Notes: generated by a model from the sequence alone, not told the origin. A stretch of DNA of 32,000 nucleotides from Nostoc sp. PCC 7120 = FACHB-418 (GCF_000009705.1 NC_003272.1:720001-752000), one strand, 5' to 3'. Counted from the stretch's first letter, positions 22,333 through 31,931 are shown. A program made the numbers and translations.

Positions 22333-24057
22333 TTAGGAAAATTGTTGAGTGTAAAACCTGGCATAACGATTTTCCAGGGCTAACAGTTCCTCGTGAGTGC
22401 CTGATTCGACAATTTGTCCTCGCTCTAAAACTAAAATGCGATCGCATCTTCTCACTGTACTTAAGCGGTGAGCAATAATAAATACTGTACGATTCTGCAT
22501 TAATCTTTCCAAGGCTTCCTGTACTAACGCCTCCGACTCAGAATCTAAGGCTGATGTCGCCTCATCTAAAATCAAAATTTGTGGGTTCAGCAGCACAGCA
22601 CGGGCAATAGCTATTCTTTGGCGTTGTCCACCAGATAAATTTACACCCCGTTCGCCCACCCAAGTATTGTAACCTTCTGGCAGTTGGCTAATAAATTGAT
22701 GGGCGTTAGCAATTTTGGCGGCGGCGGCGACTGCTTCTAAATCAAATATGTCCTGTCCAAAGGCGATATTTTGAGCAACTGTCCCAGAAAACATAATAGT
22801 TTCTTGGGGAACAATGCCAATTTGTCGCCGCAAACTCTGTAGTCTGACATCCCGAATATCTACGCCGTCAATCAAGATTTGTCCGGCTGAAGGGTCATAA
22901 AAACGGGGGAGGAGATTAACAAAGGTAGTTTTACCAGCCCCAGAAGCACCTACAAAGGCGATCGCTTCCCCTGGCATAGCTAACAAATTAATATCTTTTA
23001 AGACAGTTTCCCCTGGTTTATAGGCAAAGGTGACACCACTGTATTCTACTTTCCCCTTAACTGGAGGTAAGGTAACAGCATTAGGCTTTTCTAAAACTGT
23101 CGGCTGTATCGCCATTAATTCAAAAATCCGGTCAACAGAGGCTTCCCCTTGCTTAAATTCGTTGTAATTATTCGTCACATGACCGATGGGATCAATTAAC
23201 AACCCGGCGGCGGCTAGATAACTGAAAAATTCTCCCACCGTTAAATTATTTTGCTGAATTTGCCACGCGCCCACCAAAAGCAAGGATAAGGCACTCAAAG
23301 CTTCCAAAAATCCCACAATGGGAATTTGCACGGCCTTCAAGCGTTCGGCAGAGTATTTGGCTTGAAAACTGCGTTCAGCTTCTCGGCTAAATCTAGTCAC
23401 CTCGTAATTCTCTGCGGCAAATGCCCTAATCAGCCGAATCCCACTGAAAACTTCTGTGAGGATTGCCGACAAATCAGACACACGATTTTGGCTCCTCAGG
23501 GAGTATTTACGCAAACGTTCCCCAAACCAACCAATTAAAATTCCCATGAATGGGGCAACAATCACCGTTGCTAAGGTGAGTTGCCAATTCAGGTAAATCA
23601 TGTAGATGGGAATGGCTATTAACTGCAACACGCAGGGAATAAAGTCGTGAAACAGTTTATTGACAACTTCACCAATGCGGTCAATATCTTCTGTGAGGCG
23701 GTAAGATAAATCACCTGCTTTGGCTGTTTCAAAATAGCTTAAATCTAGCTTTTGCAAATGCCCATATACCTGCTTGCGGAGATAAAAAGCTATCCGCAAA
23801 GCAGCCTTAGACATATAGATATCTTGCACAGACTGAAAAAAGCCCCGGACAAGAAACACCAAGCCCAAGATAGCGGCTAATTGAGCGATCGCCACTACAT
23901 TACCTTGTCCAAAAGGATTAGCTAACTTGCCTGCAAAATTAATTAAGGTTAAGGTAGCCAGCACGTATCCCACAATGCCGACAAGTCCTTTCGTGATATT
24001 CTGCCACTGGGGTCTAATATAGGGCAGCAGTTGCCAGTAATTAGAACGGGTTTTCAA
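22333..24057 (-). CDS. ABC transporter, fused permease/ATP-binding exporter (MsbA-like)
   Basis: 574 aa with a 6-TM N-terminal domain. Walker A is GASGAGKTT, the ABC signature is LSGGQRQRIAIARA, and Walker B is ILILDEATSALD. Confidence 0.9.
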   Translation of the reverse strand: MKTRSNYWQLLPYIRPQWQNITKGLVGIVGYVLATLTLINFAGKLANPFGQGNVVAIAQLAAILGLVFLVRGFFQSVQDIYMSKAALRIAFYLRKQVYGHLQKLDLSYFETAKAGDLSYRLTEDIDRIGEVVNKLFHDFIPCVLQLIAIPIYMIYLNWQLTLATVIVAPFMGILIGWFGERLRKYSLRSQNRVSDLSAILTEVFSGIRLIRAFAAENYEVTRFSREAERSFQAKYSAERLKAVQIPIVGFLEALSALSLLLVGAWQIQQNNLTVGEFFSYLAAAGLLIDPIGHVTNNYNEFKQGEASVDRIFELMAIQPTVLEKPNAVTLPPVKGKVEYSGVTFAYKPGETVLKDINLLAMPGEAIAFVGASGAGKTTFVNLLPRFYDPSAGQILIDGVDIRDVRLQSLRRQIGIVPQETIMFSGTVAQNIAFGQDIFDLEAVAAAAKIANAHQFISQLPEGYNTWVGERGVNLSGGQRQRIAIARAVLLNPQILILDEATSALDSESEALVQEALERLMQNRTVFIIAHRLSTVRRCDRILVLERGQIVESGTHEELLALENRYARFYTQQFS

Positions 24058-24162
24058 GCTCTCACATCCACAAAAATATTGTTCTTTGTTTGACGCTACC
24101 AGCTTTTGTGTAGTTTCAGTTTATGAAAAATCCTGATTCCCTATGTTTAGGCTGGGATTTAT

Positions 24163-24197
24163 CTGACTGCTAACCACTGACAACTGACCACTAACAA
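24163..24197. repeat. Heptanucleotide tandem array (STRR2-like), 5 units
   Basis: CTGACTG CTAACCA CTGACAA CTGACCA CTAACAA, read directly. It ends 3 nt before the stop of the DUF1232 gene. Confidence 0.65.
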
Positions 24198-24199
24198 AA

Positions 24200-24499
24200 C
24201 TACTTGACAGAGACAGCATCGACATCAACAGTTTCTTCTGTAGCGGGAGAATCTGTTGCGGCGTTAGAATCACCCTTCCGCGCTTTCCAACCTTCAAGCA
24301 CCAGCCCGGATACCTCAGTAACTAAGATTGACAAAACTAAAAAATCATCAATCTGTCCCACCACGGGAAGGAAATCTGGAGCAATATCAATTGGGCTGAC
24401 GATATAAACAATTGTTCCTAGAATTACCCACCAACGGTATTTAGGATTTTGTAGTAACCCACGATACCAATTATACAGTGATTGGATTGAGAAATTCAT
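24200..24499 (-). CDS. DUF1232 (YkvA-like) small membrane protein
   Basis: 99 aa. It has the characteristic SPIDIAPDFLPVVGQIDD motif between two hydrophobic segments. Confidence 0.75.
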   Translation of the reverse strand: MNFSIQSLYNWYRGLLQNPKYRWWVILGTIVYIVSPIDIAPDFLPVVGQIDDFLVLSILVTEVSGLVLEGWKARKGDSNAATDSPATEETVDVDAVSVK

Positions 24500-24779
24500 T
24501 ATTTTAACCCTCTATTTACTTTTAATTTTGGCAAATTGACCCAAGAAATTCCGGTAGAAATAACCGCCCTCGTTAGTCAGGAAGACTCTACTCCGAAATA
24601 AGATCAAGCTGAGGTCAAAAGTCAAAATACCTACCGCAAAAATTCCGAAACTCTCTCGTGATGAAGCATCAATGTTGATGTGATTTCTGACGTGGGAATA
24701 CTAGCCATGTAAGACCAAGCTTTGCTCATGGTTGTTAATTACCTGTACTTACAAAGGCAGACATTGATGCAGGATAAAA

Positions 24780-26987
24780 ATGAATATGAAAAGGCGTAAC
24801 TTTAGCAAAGTGCAAGCTTTCCCATTACAGATGGTTTTAATTGTTCCATTTGTTCTGCAAATTTTTGGGGCTGTGGGTTTGGTTGGCTACTTGTCCTTTA
24901 AAAATGGACAGAAAACAGTGCAAGAGTTGGCAGAGCGATTAATGGATCAAACTAACAATAAAGTAGAGCAACATCTGGATGCTTATCTATCTATTCCTCA
25001 CAGGGTGAACCAAATTAATGCTGGTGCAATTGAGATGGGATTATTGGATGTGCGCGATCGCCAAGCCATCAGCAAGTATTTTTGGCACCTCATGCAGGCT
25101 TATGACGTTAGTTACATCGGCATTGGGCTGACAACAGGCGAAGGCGCGGGCGCGGCTCGCTACGATGGGAAAACGGTAACAATTGAAGATTGGGGAGCTA
25201 AGTTACCAAACAACGGCAAAAATTACGCCACTGATAACCAAGGTAATCGTATCCGTGTAAAGAATACATTTAATTACAATAACTTTAATCAAAGTTGGTA
25301 TACAGAACCAATCAAAGCAGGCAAACCCATCTGGTCGCGCATCTACAGTTGGAATAAGGATAATGATTTATATATCACAGCTGCTACTGGTCGTCCTATC
25401 TATGATGCTCAAAAGCGATTGCTAGGGATGGTGGGTGCAGATATTCATCTTTTAAAACTCAGCCAATTTTTACGACGATTGGAAGTTAGTCGTTCGGGAC
25501 AGGTCTTTATTGTAGAACGCAACGGAATGTTAATTGCTAACTCCAGTACTCAGACACCTTTCTCTGTAATTAATCATCAAATTCATCGCCTGAAAGCAAC
25601 CCACAGCCCAGATCCGGTAATTCAAGAAATCGCCAAACAGATTCAGCAAAATTCACAAGGGTTTGAGTCGATTACTGAAGCGAAAAAATTACAACTCGAA
25701 TGGCAAGGAGAACGTAATTATGTTTATGTCAACCCTTGGCGTGATCAATATGGACTAGATTGGCTAGTAGTGGTGAGTGTGCCAGAAAAAGTTTTCATGT
25801 CCAAAATTAAGGCTCACACCCAAATTACTATAGCTCTGTGTTTAGGAGCATTAGCAATAGCAGTTTTAATCGGTTATTTCACATCAGTCTGGATTACTCG
25901 CCCGATTTTGCGAATGAATTTAGCCAGTCAGGCGATCGCTTCAGGTAAACTAGACCAAAAAATAAATTTTAGTCATATTCAGGAACTCAACATCCTGACT
26001 CAATCGTTTAATTATATGGCGGGAAAATTAAGTGAATTTTTTACCGCTTTAGAAACTAGTAAAGCAGAATTGGAAGACCGGGTAGAACAACGTACTGCTG
26101 ACCTCAAAACCGCTTTAACTGAGTTGCAACGTACCCAAGCCCAGGTCATTCAAGGTGAAAAAATGTCGAGTTTGGGTCAACTAGTTGCAGGTGTTGCCCA
26201 TGAAATAAATAATCCTGTAAATTTCATTTACGGCAATATTACCCATCTCAACGCATATACTCAAGATTTGCTGAGAATGATTCATCTCTACCAAGAACGT
26301 CATCCCAGCGATGACCCTGAGGTGCAAGCCCTAGCAACAGAAATTGATTTAGACTTTTTGGTCGAAGATTTGCAGAAGATGTTATCCTCGATGAACATGG
26401 GGACTGAACGTATTCGCAGCATTGTGTTATCGCTGCGGAACTTTTCCCGGATAGACGAAGCGGAATTTAAAGCAGTGGACATTCATGAAGGAATCGAAAG
26501 TACGCTGTTAATTTTGCAACATCGCCTCAAAGATCAGCCCGACAAACCAGCTATTGAAGTCATCCGCGACTATGGCAACCTACCACTTATAGAGTGCTAT
26601 GCTGGACAACTAAATCAAGTTTTGATGAATATTCTAGTCAACGCTATTGATGCCTTAGATGAACTCAACATCAAGCGTACTTATGAGGAAATCAAGGCAA
26701 ATCCTAGTCAAATTACTATCCGTACTTCGGTTAACGATGCTCAATGGATGGAAATTGCGATCGCTGATAATGGCCCAGGAATACCAGAACAATTGAAAAA
26801 CCGCATCTTTGACCCCTTCTTTACCACCAAACCCGTAGGCAAAGGCACAGGTATGGGTATGGCCATCAGCTATCAAATCATTACAGAAAAGCATAGTGGC
26901 AAATTAGAATGCTTCTCAACTGTTGGCCAGGGATCTGAATTTAGAATTCAAGTACCTATTCGACAAAAAAATTCTCTATTAGTTTAG
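24780..26987 (+). CDS. Sensor histidine kinase (Cache-like periplasmic domain, HAMP, HisKA, HATPase)
   Basis: 735 aa. TM1 is LQMVLIVPFVLQIFGAVGLVGYL, followed by an extracytoplasmic region of about 310 aa and TM2, ITIALCLGALAIAVLIGYF. There is a HAMP-like segment. The H-box is VAGVAHEINNPVNFI, and the catalytic boxes are MNILVNAIDAL and GKGTGMGMAISYQII. The kinase core is paralogous to 17168-18484. Confidence 0.88.
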   Translation: MNMKRRNFSKVQAFPLQMVLIVPFVLQIFGAVGLVGYLSFKNGQKTVQELAERLMDQTNNKVEQHLDAYLSIPHRVNQINAGAIEMGLLDVRDRQAISKYFWHLMQAYDVSYIGIGLTTGEGAGAARYDGKTVTIEDWGAKLPNNGKNYATDNQGNRIRVKNTFNYNNFNQSWYTEPIKAGKPIWSRIYSWNKDNDLYITAATGRPIYDAQKRLLGMVGADIHLLKLSQFLRRLEVSRSGQVFIVERNGMLIANSSTQTPFSVINHQIHRLKATHSPDPVIQEIAKQIQQNSQGFESITEAKKLQLEWQGERNYVYVNPWRDQYGLDWLVVVSVPEKVFMSKIKAHTQITIALCLGALAIAVLIGYFTSVWITRPILRMNLASQAIASGKLDQKINFSHIQELNILTQSFNYMAGKLSEFFTALETSKAELEDRVEQRTADLKTALTELQRTQAQVIQGEKMSSLGQLVAGVAHEINNPVNFIYGNITHLNAYTQDLLRMIHLYQERHPSDDPEVQALATEIDLDFLVEDLQKMLSSMNMGTERIRSIVLSLRNFSRIDEAEFKAVDIHEGIESTLLILQHRLKDQPDKPAIEVIRDYGNLPLIECYAGQLNQVLMNILVNAIDALDELNIKRTYEEIKANPSQITIRTSVNDAQWMEIAIADNGPGIPEQLKNRIFDPFFTTKPVGKGTGMGMAISYQIITEKHSGKLECFSTVGQGSEFRIQVPIRQKNSLLV

Positions 26988-27088
26988 GTAGGTTTCCCAA
27001 GCAGAAAGTTTTTTCGTCATACTCCCGCGTTAAGCTAATTCTCAAGTTGTAAAATTCGAGTGTTCAATTCAAGAACCCTAACTTTACA

Positions 27089-27126
27089 TTCCAGATTATC
27101 TCTAATTAGTCTGGAAATTTATTTTT
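27089..27126 (+). terminator. Weak AT-rich hairpin plus T-tract downstream of the kinase gene
   Basis: ttccaga (27089-27095) pairs with tctggaa (27110-27116), with a 14-nt loop, followed by atttattttt. The stem is short and AT-rich, so confidence is low. Confidence 0.3.
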
Positions 27127-27210
27127 GTCAGTCCTGAGTTGTCCATTAATCTTTAAAATTAAAATGCTTTGGGATAGTTGCTTGAGTGACGGAGGGAGGA
27201 AACTCAAATA

Positions 27211-27930
27211 GTGGATATTATAGATTTGTTTTACAAGGGTGGGCCGGCAATGTGGCCTTTGCTGGCTCTGTCGATTTTATCCTTGAGTGTGATTTTTGAG
27301 CGCCTTTGGTTCTGGCTGCGACTTTTCTCACAAGAAAAAGCGATCGTTGACCGAGTTCTAGATGCAGCTCATGATAACTGGGAAATAGCGGGGGATATTG
27401 CTAGACAGGCTACAGACCAACCAATTGGTCGATTTCTCTATGCTCCCTTACATTTACAAAAAACTGACGCGGAAACCTTTCGATTAGCACTGGAGTCCAC
27501 AGCAGAGGACGAACTAGCCGGAATGCGTCGGGGCGAAAAGTTATTAGAAGCTGTCATTGCCCTCGCTCCCTTACTAGGATTGTTGGGTACAGTTTTAGGT
27601 TTAATCCAGTCTTTACGCTCAATTCGCATTGGTGATTTGGGAACTGAATCGGCGGCTGGAGTAACGACGGGTATTGGTGAATCCTTAATTAGTACGGCAG
27701 CCGGGCTAATAGTTGCCATTGTTAGTTTGGTATTTTACCGATTATTTCAAAGTTTTGTAGTCAATCAACTCAAAGTTTTCCGTAAAGCGGGGAATGAAAT
27801 GGAATTGTTATATCGCCAGTCTCCGCCTGATTTGAGCAACCCCACACCAGCAATTGTCCGTGATGCTTTACCGAGCAAAACTGGTAGGGGTAAGTTTCCG
27901 CAACCACCTGAACCACCAAATCTACCTTAG
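27211..27930 (+). CDS. exbB: MotA/TolQ/ExbB proton-channel family protein
   Basis: 239 aa with a GTG start preceded by GGAGGGAGG. It has three TM segments and the family motif [15 protein letters not shown]...[17 protein letters not shown]. Confidence 0.85.
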   Translation: MDIIDLFYKGGPAMWPLLALSILSLSVIFERLWFWLRLFSQEKAIVDRVLDAAHDNWEIAGDIARQATDQPIGRFLYAPLHLQKTDAETFRLALESTAEDELAGMRRGEKLLEAVIALAPLLGLLGTVLGLIQSLRSIRIGDLGTESAAGVTTGIGESLISTAAGLIVAIVSLVFYRLFQSFVVNQLKVFRKAGNEMELLYRQSPPDLSNPTPAIVRDALPSKTGRGKFPQPPEPPNLP

Positions 27931-28018
27931 TCAGGACTTGCGCCACAAAACTCTTCATTTTGTAAGGATGGGGATAGGGGTATGTATCAATTCAAAATTC
28001 GTCATTTAATTATTAGTT

Positions 28019-28048
28019 CCCTTACACCCTTATACCCTTACACCCCTT
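28019..28048. repeat. Octanucleotide tandem array in the exbB-exbD spacer
   Basis: CCCTTACA CCCTTATA CCCTTACA CCCCTT. It is related to the array at 14031-14058. A partial inverted counterpart, ggggataggggtat, lies at about 27970. Confidence 0.6.
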
Positions 28049-28096
28049 CCTAAGAGACAAAAAAGCAAACCCAATATTAGGCATAAGCATGAAACG

Positions 28097-28750
28097 ATGA
28101 AAGTTAATTTACATACCCCAGTTGAAGACGTACAAATCCAAATTATTCCCTTAATTGACGTTGTTTTTTGTATTCTGACCTTCTTTTTATTGGCAGCTTT
28201 GCAATTTACTCGACAGCAAGCTATCAATGTTGACTTGCCAAAAGCCAGTACAAGTACAGCCGCCGGCATAAATTCCACAGGAGGTAGCCAAATTGTTAGT
28301 GTAGATGCTGTTGGTAATACTTATATAGAAAAAGAACTGGTAAGAAGAGACGAGTTAGCACAAAGATTAAGACAATACGTACAAGCAAACCCTAGTGGTG
28401 TTTTAGTCCTCAACGCTTCACGCACAGCTACCTATAACGATGTCGTGGAGGTTTTAGATTTGTTGCGGCAAGTGGGAGGCGATCGCGTATCCTTAGGAAT
28501 TATTCCTACTTCTGCCCAAACCCAACCCAATTTTTCCAATTTCCCCATTAATCCCGGTGTAGCACCCATACCCAACACCGCACCAATCCCAGGAATTAAT
28601 CCCCCACCCAGTGAACTTACCCCCCAATTACCTACAGACCCTAATCAACCTCCAAGCGGACAAGGTACTATTCCTCTAAATCCTGACTTTTCTCCAGTCG
28701 TTCCTCAGGTTCCCGTAGCACCAGGCACTAATCCTGCACCGCAACAATGA
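28097..28750 (+). CDS. exbD: ExbD/TolR biopolymer-transport protein with about an 80-aa proline-rich C-terminal extension
   Basis: It has an N-terminal TM and the ExbD motif IQIIPLIDVVFCILTFFLL, followed by a periplasmic ExbD domain running to about aa 135. After that comes PTSAQTQPNFSNFPINPGVAPIPNTAPIPGINPPPSELTPQLPTDPNQPPSGQGTIPLNPDFSPVVPQVPVAPGTNPAPQQ. Confidence 0.85.
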   Translation: MKVNLHTPVEDVQIQIIPLIDVVFCILTFFLLAALQFTRQQAINVDLPKASTSTAAGINSTGGSQIVSVDAVGNTYIEKELVRRDELAQRLRQYVQANPSGVLVLNASRTATYNDVVEVLDLLRQVGGDRVSLGIIPTSAQTQPNFSNFPINPGVAPIPNTAPIPGINPPPSELTPQLPTDPNQPPSGQGTIPLNPDFSPVVPQVPVAPGTNPAPQQ

Positions 28751-28753
28751 GGT

Positions 28754-28781
28754 GGGTAATTGGTAATTGGTAATGGGGAAT
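28754..28781. repeat. Heptanucleotide tandem array, 4 units
   Basis: GGGTAAT TGGTAAT TGGTAAT GGGGAAT, immediately after the exbD stop. Confidence 0.65.
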
Positions 28782-28976
28782 ACAGTCAACATTCTCTTTT
28801 CCCCCTACTCCCTCATCTCCCCTGAAACCTAAAGATATGTAGAATATTTTTTCTTTGGAGAAAATATTTCTGGTAACTTACAAATAATTGGTTAAGCTTC
28901 AAATTCAAATACAGCAGTTTGCAATTCAGGGAAGTTATGGAATCCATAACACGCCTTAGATGTTTAGAGTCTTTCA

Positions 28977-29004
28977 CTTCTGACCTCTGACTTCTGGCTT
29001 CTGC
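28977..29004. repeat. Heptanucleotide tandem array, 4 units
   Basis: CTTCTGA CCTCTGA CTTCTGG CTTCTGC, read directly. Confidence 0.6.
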
Positions 29005-29072
29005 TGTATTTTTCCATCGATAGACTGGGTTATTTATCGCCAAGCACCATATACGTTTCAGGGGTTGAGGCA

Positions 29073-29438
29073 ATGAACGAAATTGTGACGCTGCTAATTG
29101 TTTGGGTAGTTACATCTGTCAGCTTATTGATTATCAGTAAGTTACCTTTAGGTGTTGAAGTTGACTCTCCACAAAAAGCATTTATTTCTGCTGCTATTCT
29201 GGGTATTGTGACGGCAATCATCAGACCCATTTTACGGCTAATATTTGTAGTTCCCGATATCCTCACATTTAACTTGTTATCGGGTTTTTTCACCTTTATG
29301 ATTGCCGTGGTTTGTTTTAGTATTGCAGCTTGGTTAGTCGAGGGTTTCCGTTTGCGCTTCGGAATCTGGAGTGCTGTGCTAGGCGCGTTTGCCCTGACTA
29401 TTATTAACAGCTTAATCTACAAATTGTTGGGATTATAA
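29073..29438 (+). CDS. Small 4-TM membrane protein, phage-holin-family-IV / DUF360 (YvlD-like)
   Basis: 121 aa with four hydrophobic helices. The pattern LPLGVEVDSPQKAFISAAILGIVTAIIRPIL...LVEGFRLR.GIWSAVLGAFALTIIN is typical of this family as I recall it. Confidence 0.65.
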   Translation: MNEIVTLLIVWVVTSVSLLIISKLPLGVEVDSPQKAFISAAILGIVTAIIRPILRLIFVVPDILTFNLLSGFFTFMIAVVCFSIAAWLVEGFRLRFGIWSAVLGAFALTIINSLIYKLLGL

Positions 29439-29448
29439 GAATAAATTC

Positions 29449-29488
29449 GTCAGTTGTCAGTTGCTAGTTCTTACTACTGACAACTGAC
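29449..29488. terminator. STRR-derived perfect 13-bp hairpin between convergent genes
   Basis: gtcagttgtcagt (29449-29461) is the exact reverse complement of actgacaactgac (29476-29488), with a 14-nt loop. It is embedded in a longer run of TGACAAC/TGACCAC/TAACAAC heptamers extending to about 29513. It lies between the stops at 29438 and 29516. Confidence 0.5.
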
Positions 29489-29515
29489 CACTAGCTACTA
29501 ACAACTGACTAATGA

Positions 29516-30217
29516 CTACTCATTTGGTGGAGCCACTGGGGTACTAGCTTGTTGCTGACGCTGTTCGCGTTTTTTGCGGTCTGCTGTCAACATATCAGCC
29601 ATTACCGCTAGAGCTTGCGTCATCTTGTCCAGATTAGAGCGATATAACTCTAAATCCTTGCTGAATTTATCGTCAGAAAGATGTAAGCCTGCGGCAATGC
29701 TTTTTAGTGCCTCAGTGCGTTGCTTTTCGTCCTTGACTAAATCTGGGTTGGACTGTTCGAGCAATGTAAATAAACCGATCGCAAATAAACGACTGTATTT
29801 AAAGTTAGAATTATTAGCGATCGCTTGTAGTTGCGCTTGTAAGTCAGCATCCTGCTGTAAATGATTAGCTTGACTAAGCCACGCTACTAAATCATTTACA
29901 GGTAAGCTTTGAGCTACAGCTTGTAACCGTTCAGCATCCTGCCTATAGCGCTGCGGTTCTTGCTCTACAGCCTGACATATAGCACTAAAAATAGATTCCT
30001 TATCCCGTTCTGGTTGATAGCCTTCCATGAAGCGGTCAAAGGTAGTGACAACACCCAAAGCATAAATGGGATTGTAGCTAAAATCGACATTTACGGACAG
30101 CAGGTGCATTTCCACCATCAACTCTTCTACTACCCGACGATAAATTGTGTTAATCGGTCGGGTGTGGAGGGCGTAGAAAGTTCGCTTTGTATCAGAGACA
30201 GTACGCAATAATTCCAT
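29516..30217 (-). CDS. thf1: Thf1 / Psb29 (photosystem II biogenesis protein)
   Basis: 233 aa. The N-terminal block TVSDTKRTFYALHTRPINTIYRRVVEELMVEMHLLSVN is highly characteristic of Thf1, and the C-terminus is Q-rich. Confidence 0.9.
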   Translation of the reverse strand: MELLRTVSDTKRTFYALHTRPINTIYRRVVEELMVEMHLLSVNVDFSYNPIYALGVVTTFDRFMEGYQPERDKESIFSAICQAVEQEPQRYRQDAERLQAVAQSLPVNDLVAWLSQANHLQQDADLQAQLQAIANNSNFKYSRLFAIGLFTLLEQSNPDLVKDEKQRTEALKSIAAGLHLSDDKFSKDLELYRSNLDKMTQALAVMADMLTADRKKREQRQQQASTPVAPPNE

Positions 30218-30754
30218 ATTTACAAGGATTGTAGACTTTGACTCTAGTATTTCTAGTAACTATATAGTAAAACTTGGTTTTTACTGCTTAAAAACGCCTG
30301 CTTACGTACAAATGTACTACACTTCTAGTCTAGTGATTCTCTATTTTATCATTTCCCCATATTACATATAACCGCTTAAGCTGTACTACGATTAATTTGT
30401 GAGTTATTTGATTCTAAATATCAATTAATTTAGAGTCCCTATTCTTGTCTAGATAATGCTGAATAATGATATCTACACTATTGCCACAACTATCAGCTAA
30501 TAATGTCAGGTCAGCGCCATTATTAGCTTGAATACTAATGAATCTATGGCGATTTGAGTAAGGTTTTAAATATTGAATTTTCCCTTTGCCGATAACTCTG
30601 TCACCACCATTAGCTGTATCTTCTGTTGACTCTTTATCCAGCCAAGGTGCAATGATTATTTTCTACCCCTAAAGACTACTTTGCTAAGTTGGGGTTTCGG
30701 CCTAGTAATCTTTATTATATTCTGTGAGCATATTTGCTATTGTGCCTCACACTT

Positions 30755-31351
30755 ATGAGCTTTTCGCCCCAATTAGTTAACTTAGGTAATTACCTAGCTG
30801 GAGAATTTGACAACAGAGAACAAGCCTTAGGCGAGCCGATTTGGTTTGTTCACTTACGTCTATGGCAAAGACCTGTTGATTTGTTTTCCGACGATAGCAT
30901 TACTCTGTTTGCCGAACAAGCCAACATTGTCAATCTAGACCGTCCTTATCGTCAACGTATTCTGCGGTTGATGCCTGCTCCTGACTCGGAAACTGGGCTA
31001 TATGTACAGTACTATATGCCTAAAAATCCCAGTGCTTTAATTGGTGCAGGTCGTCACCCAGACTTACTCAAGACTTTAACCCCCCAGCAACTAGAACTAC
31101 TTCCTGGCTGTGTTCTCTCAGTTAGCCAGCAAACAGTTGCACCTAACAGCTATCAGTTTACTGCGTCCCCACTGCCAAATACTTGCTGTACTTTCAGTTA
31201 TTTGGAGAACACTGTACAAGTTTCTTTAGGTTTTGCAGTCACAGAGACAGAACTGCACACCTATGATAAAGGAATTGACCAAGAGACAGGCAAGGCAACT
31301 TGGGGAGCAATTGTCGGCCCCTATCGCTACACTAAGCGAGAACAGTATTGA
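30755..31351 (+). CDS. cpcT: CpcT/CpeT-family phycobiliprotein chromophore lyase
   Basis: MSFSPQLVNLGNYLAGEFDNREQALGEPIWFVHLRLW...RPYRQRIL... matches the CpcT (DUF1001) N-terminal signature. I prefer the ATG at 30755 over the TTG at 30734 used in the track. Confidence 0.85.
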   Translation: MSFSPQLVNLGNYLAGEFDNREQALGEPIWFVHLRLWQRPVDLFSDDSITLFAEQANIVNLDRPYRQRILRLMPAPDSETGLYVQYYMPKNPSALIGAGRHPDLLKTLTPQQLELLPGCVLSVSQQTVAPNSYQFTASPLPNTCCTFSYLENTVQVSLGFAVTETELHTYDKGIDQETGKATWGAIVGPYRYTKREQY

Positions 31352-31535
31352 GTACAGAGTGCTGAGTTAAGAGAAATGACTTGTGTTAAATAGTTTTCAG
31401 CTTGAACAGTGGCCTCAATTGTTTCTATACCAATTGATAAAAAGAACGAGACGGATACAAGCTGGGAAACTTAGCTAAAATATGACTTTCTTAATTACGA
31501 ATTACAAATTCGTATCATTCAGCACTCATAACTTT

Positions 31536-31931
31536 CTAGCTAGCCATGCTACGAGGTACACCTTCTAACGCTTCCTCCTCAGTCTCAAAGATTTCAAAGA
31601 CTGTATCCATCATTGTCACTTCAAACACGAGTTTAGCTTCTGGGTGAACATTACAGATACGAAAACTGCCATTGACCTTATCAGCATCACGCATTCCAGC
31701 GACTAAAGACGTAAGTCCAGAACTATCTATAAAATTTACCTGACCAAGATTCACCACTACGTGATGACTGAGTTTAGATATACACTCTTGTAATTTCAAG
31801 CGAAATTGCCAAGCTGTGGTGATGTCTAGGCGACCTGCTGGTTTTAAGACAATAACCGTATTACCGTCTTGGGTTGTATATGAATTTTGTTCTATTTGAA
31901 TCACTAGGCCTCCCCTTGGCACTGATCTCAA
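31536..31931 (-). CDS. STAS-domain anti-sigma-factor antagonist
   Basis: It has VNFIDSSGLTSLV with the conserved phosphorylatable Ser, and is the typical size. The track start is a TTG. A GTG at 31904, preceded by AAGGGGAGG, is a likelier start (VIQIEQN...). Confidence 0.8.
   Translation of the reverse strand: MRSVPRGGLVIQIEQNSYTTQDGNTVIVLKPAGRLDITTAWQFRLKLQECISKLSHHVVVNLGQVNFIDSSGLTSLVAGMRDADKVNGSFRICNVHPEAKLVFEVTMMDTVFEIFETEEEALEGVPRSMAS

Noticed and set aside
24163-24197. Possibility that the short tandem arrays (here and at 7421, 13962, 28754, 28977, 29449) are CRISPR arrays
   Set aside because: The units are 7-8 nt, directly abutting with no spacers, and each array totals under 70 nt. 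No cas genes are present. They fit the STRR class of heterocystous cyanobacteria instead.
28505-28747. Interpreting the proline-rich ExbD tail as a fused TonB
   Set aside because: There is no TonB C-terminal domain and no second TM anchor. Only the Pro-rich spacer-like region is present, so it is reported as an unusual ExbD extension instead.
28030-29293. ORFs 28030-28278 (-), 28813-29073 (-) and 29030-29293 (-)
   Set aside because: The first is antisense to the exbD start and covers the octamer array. The others cover an AT-rich spacer and the antisense strand of the DUF360 gene. None has motifs.
29574-30211. Plus-strand ORFs inside thf1 (29574-29864, 29960-30211)
   Set aside because: They are antisense shadows of the strongly supported thf1 CDS.
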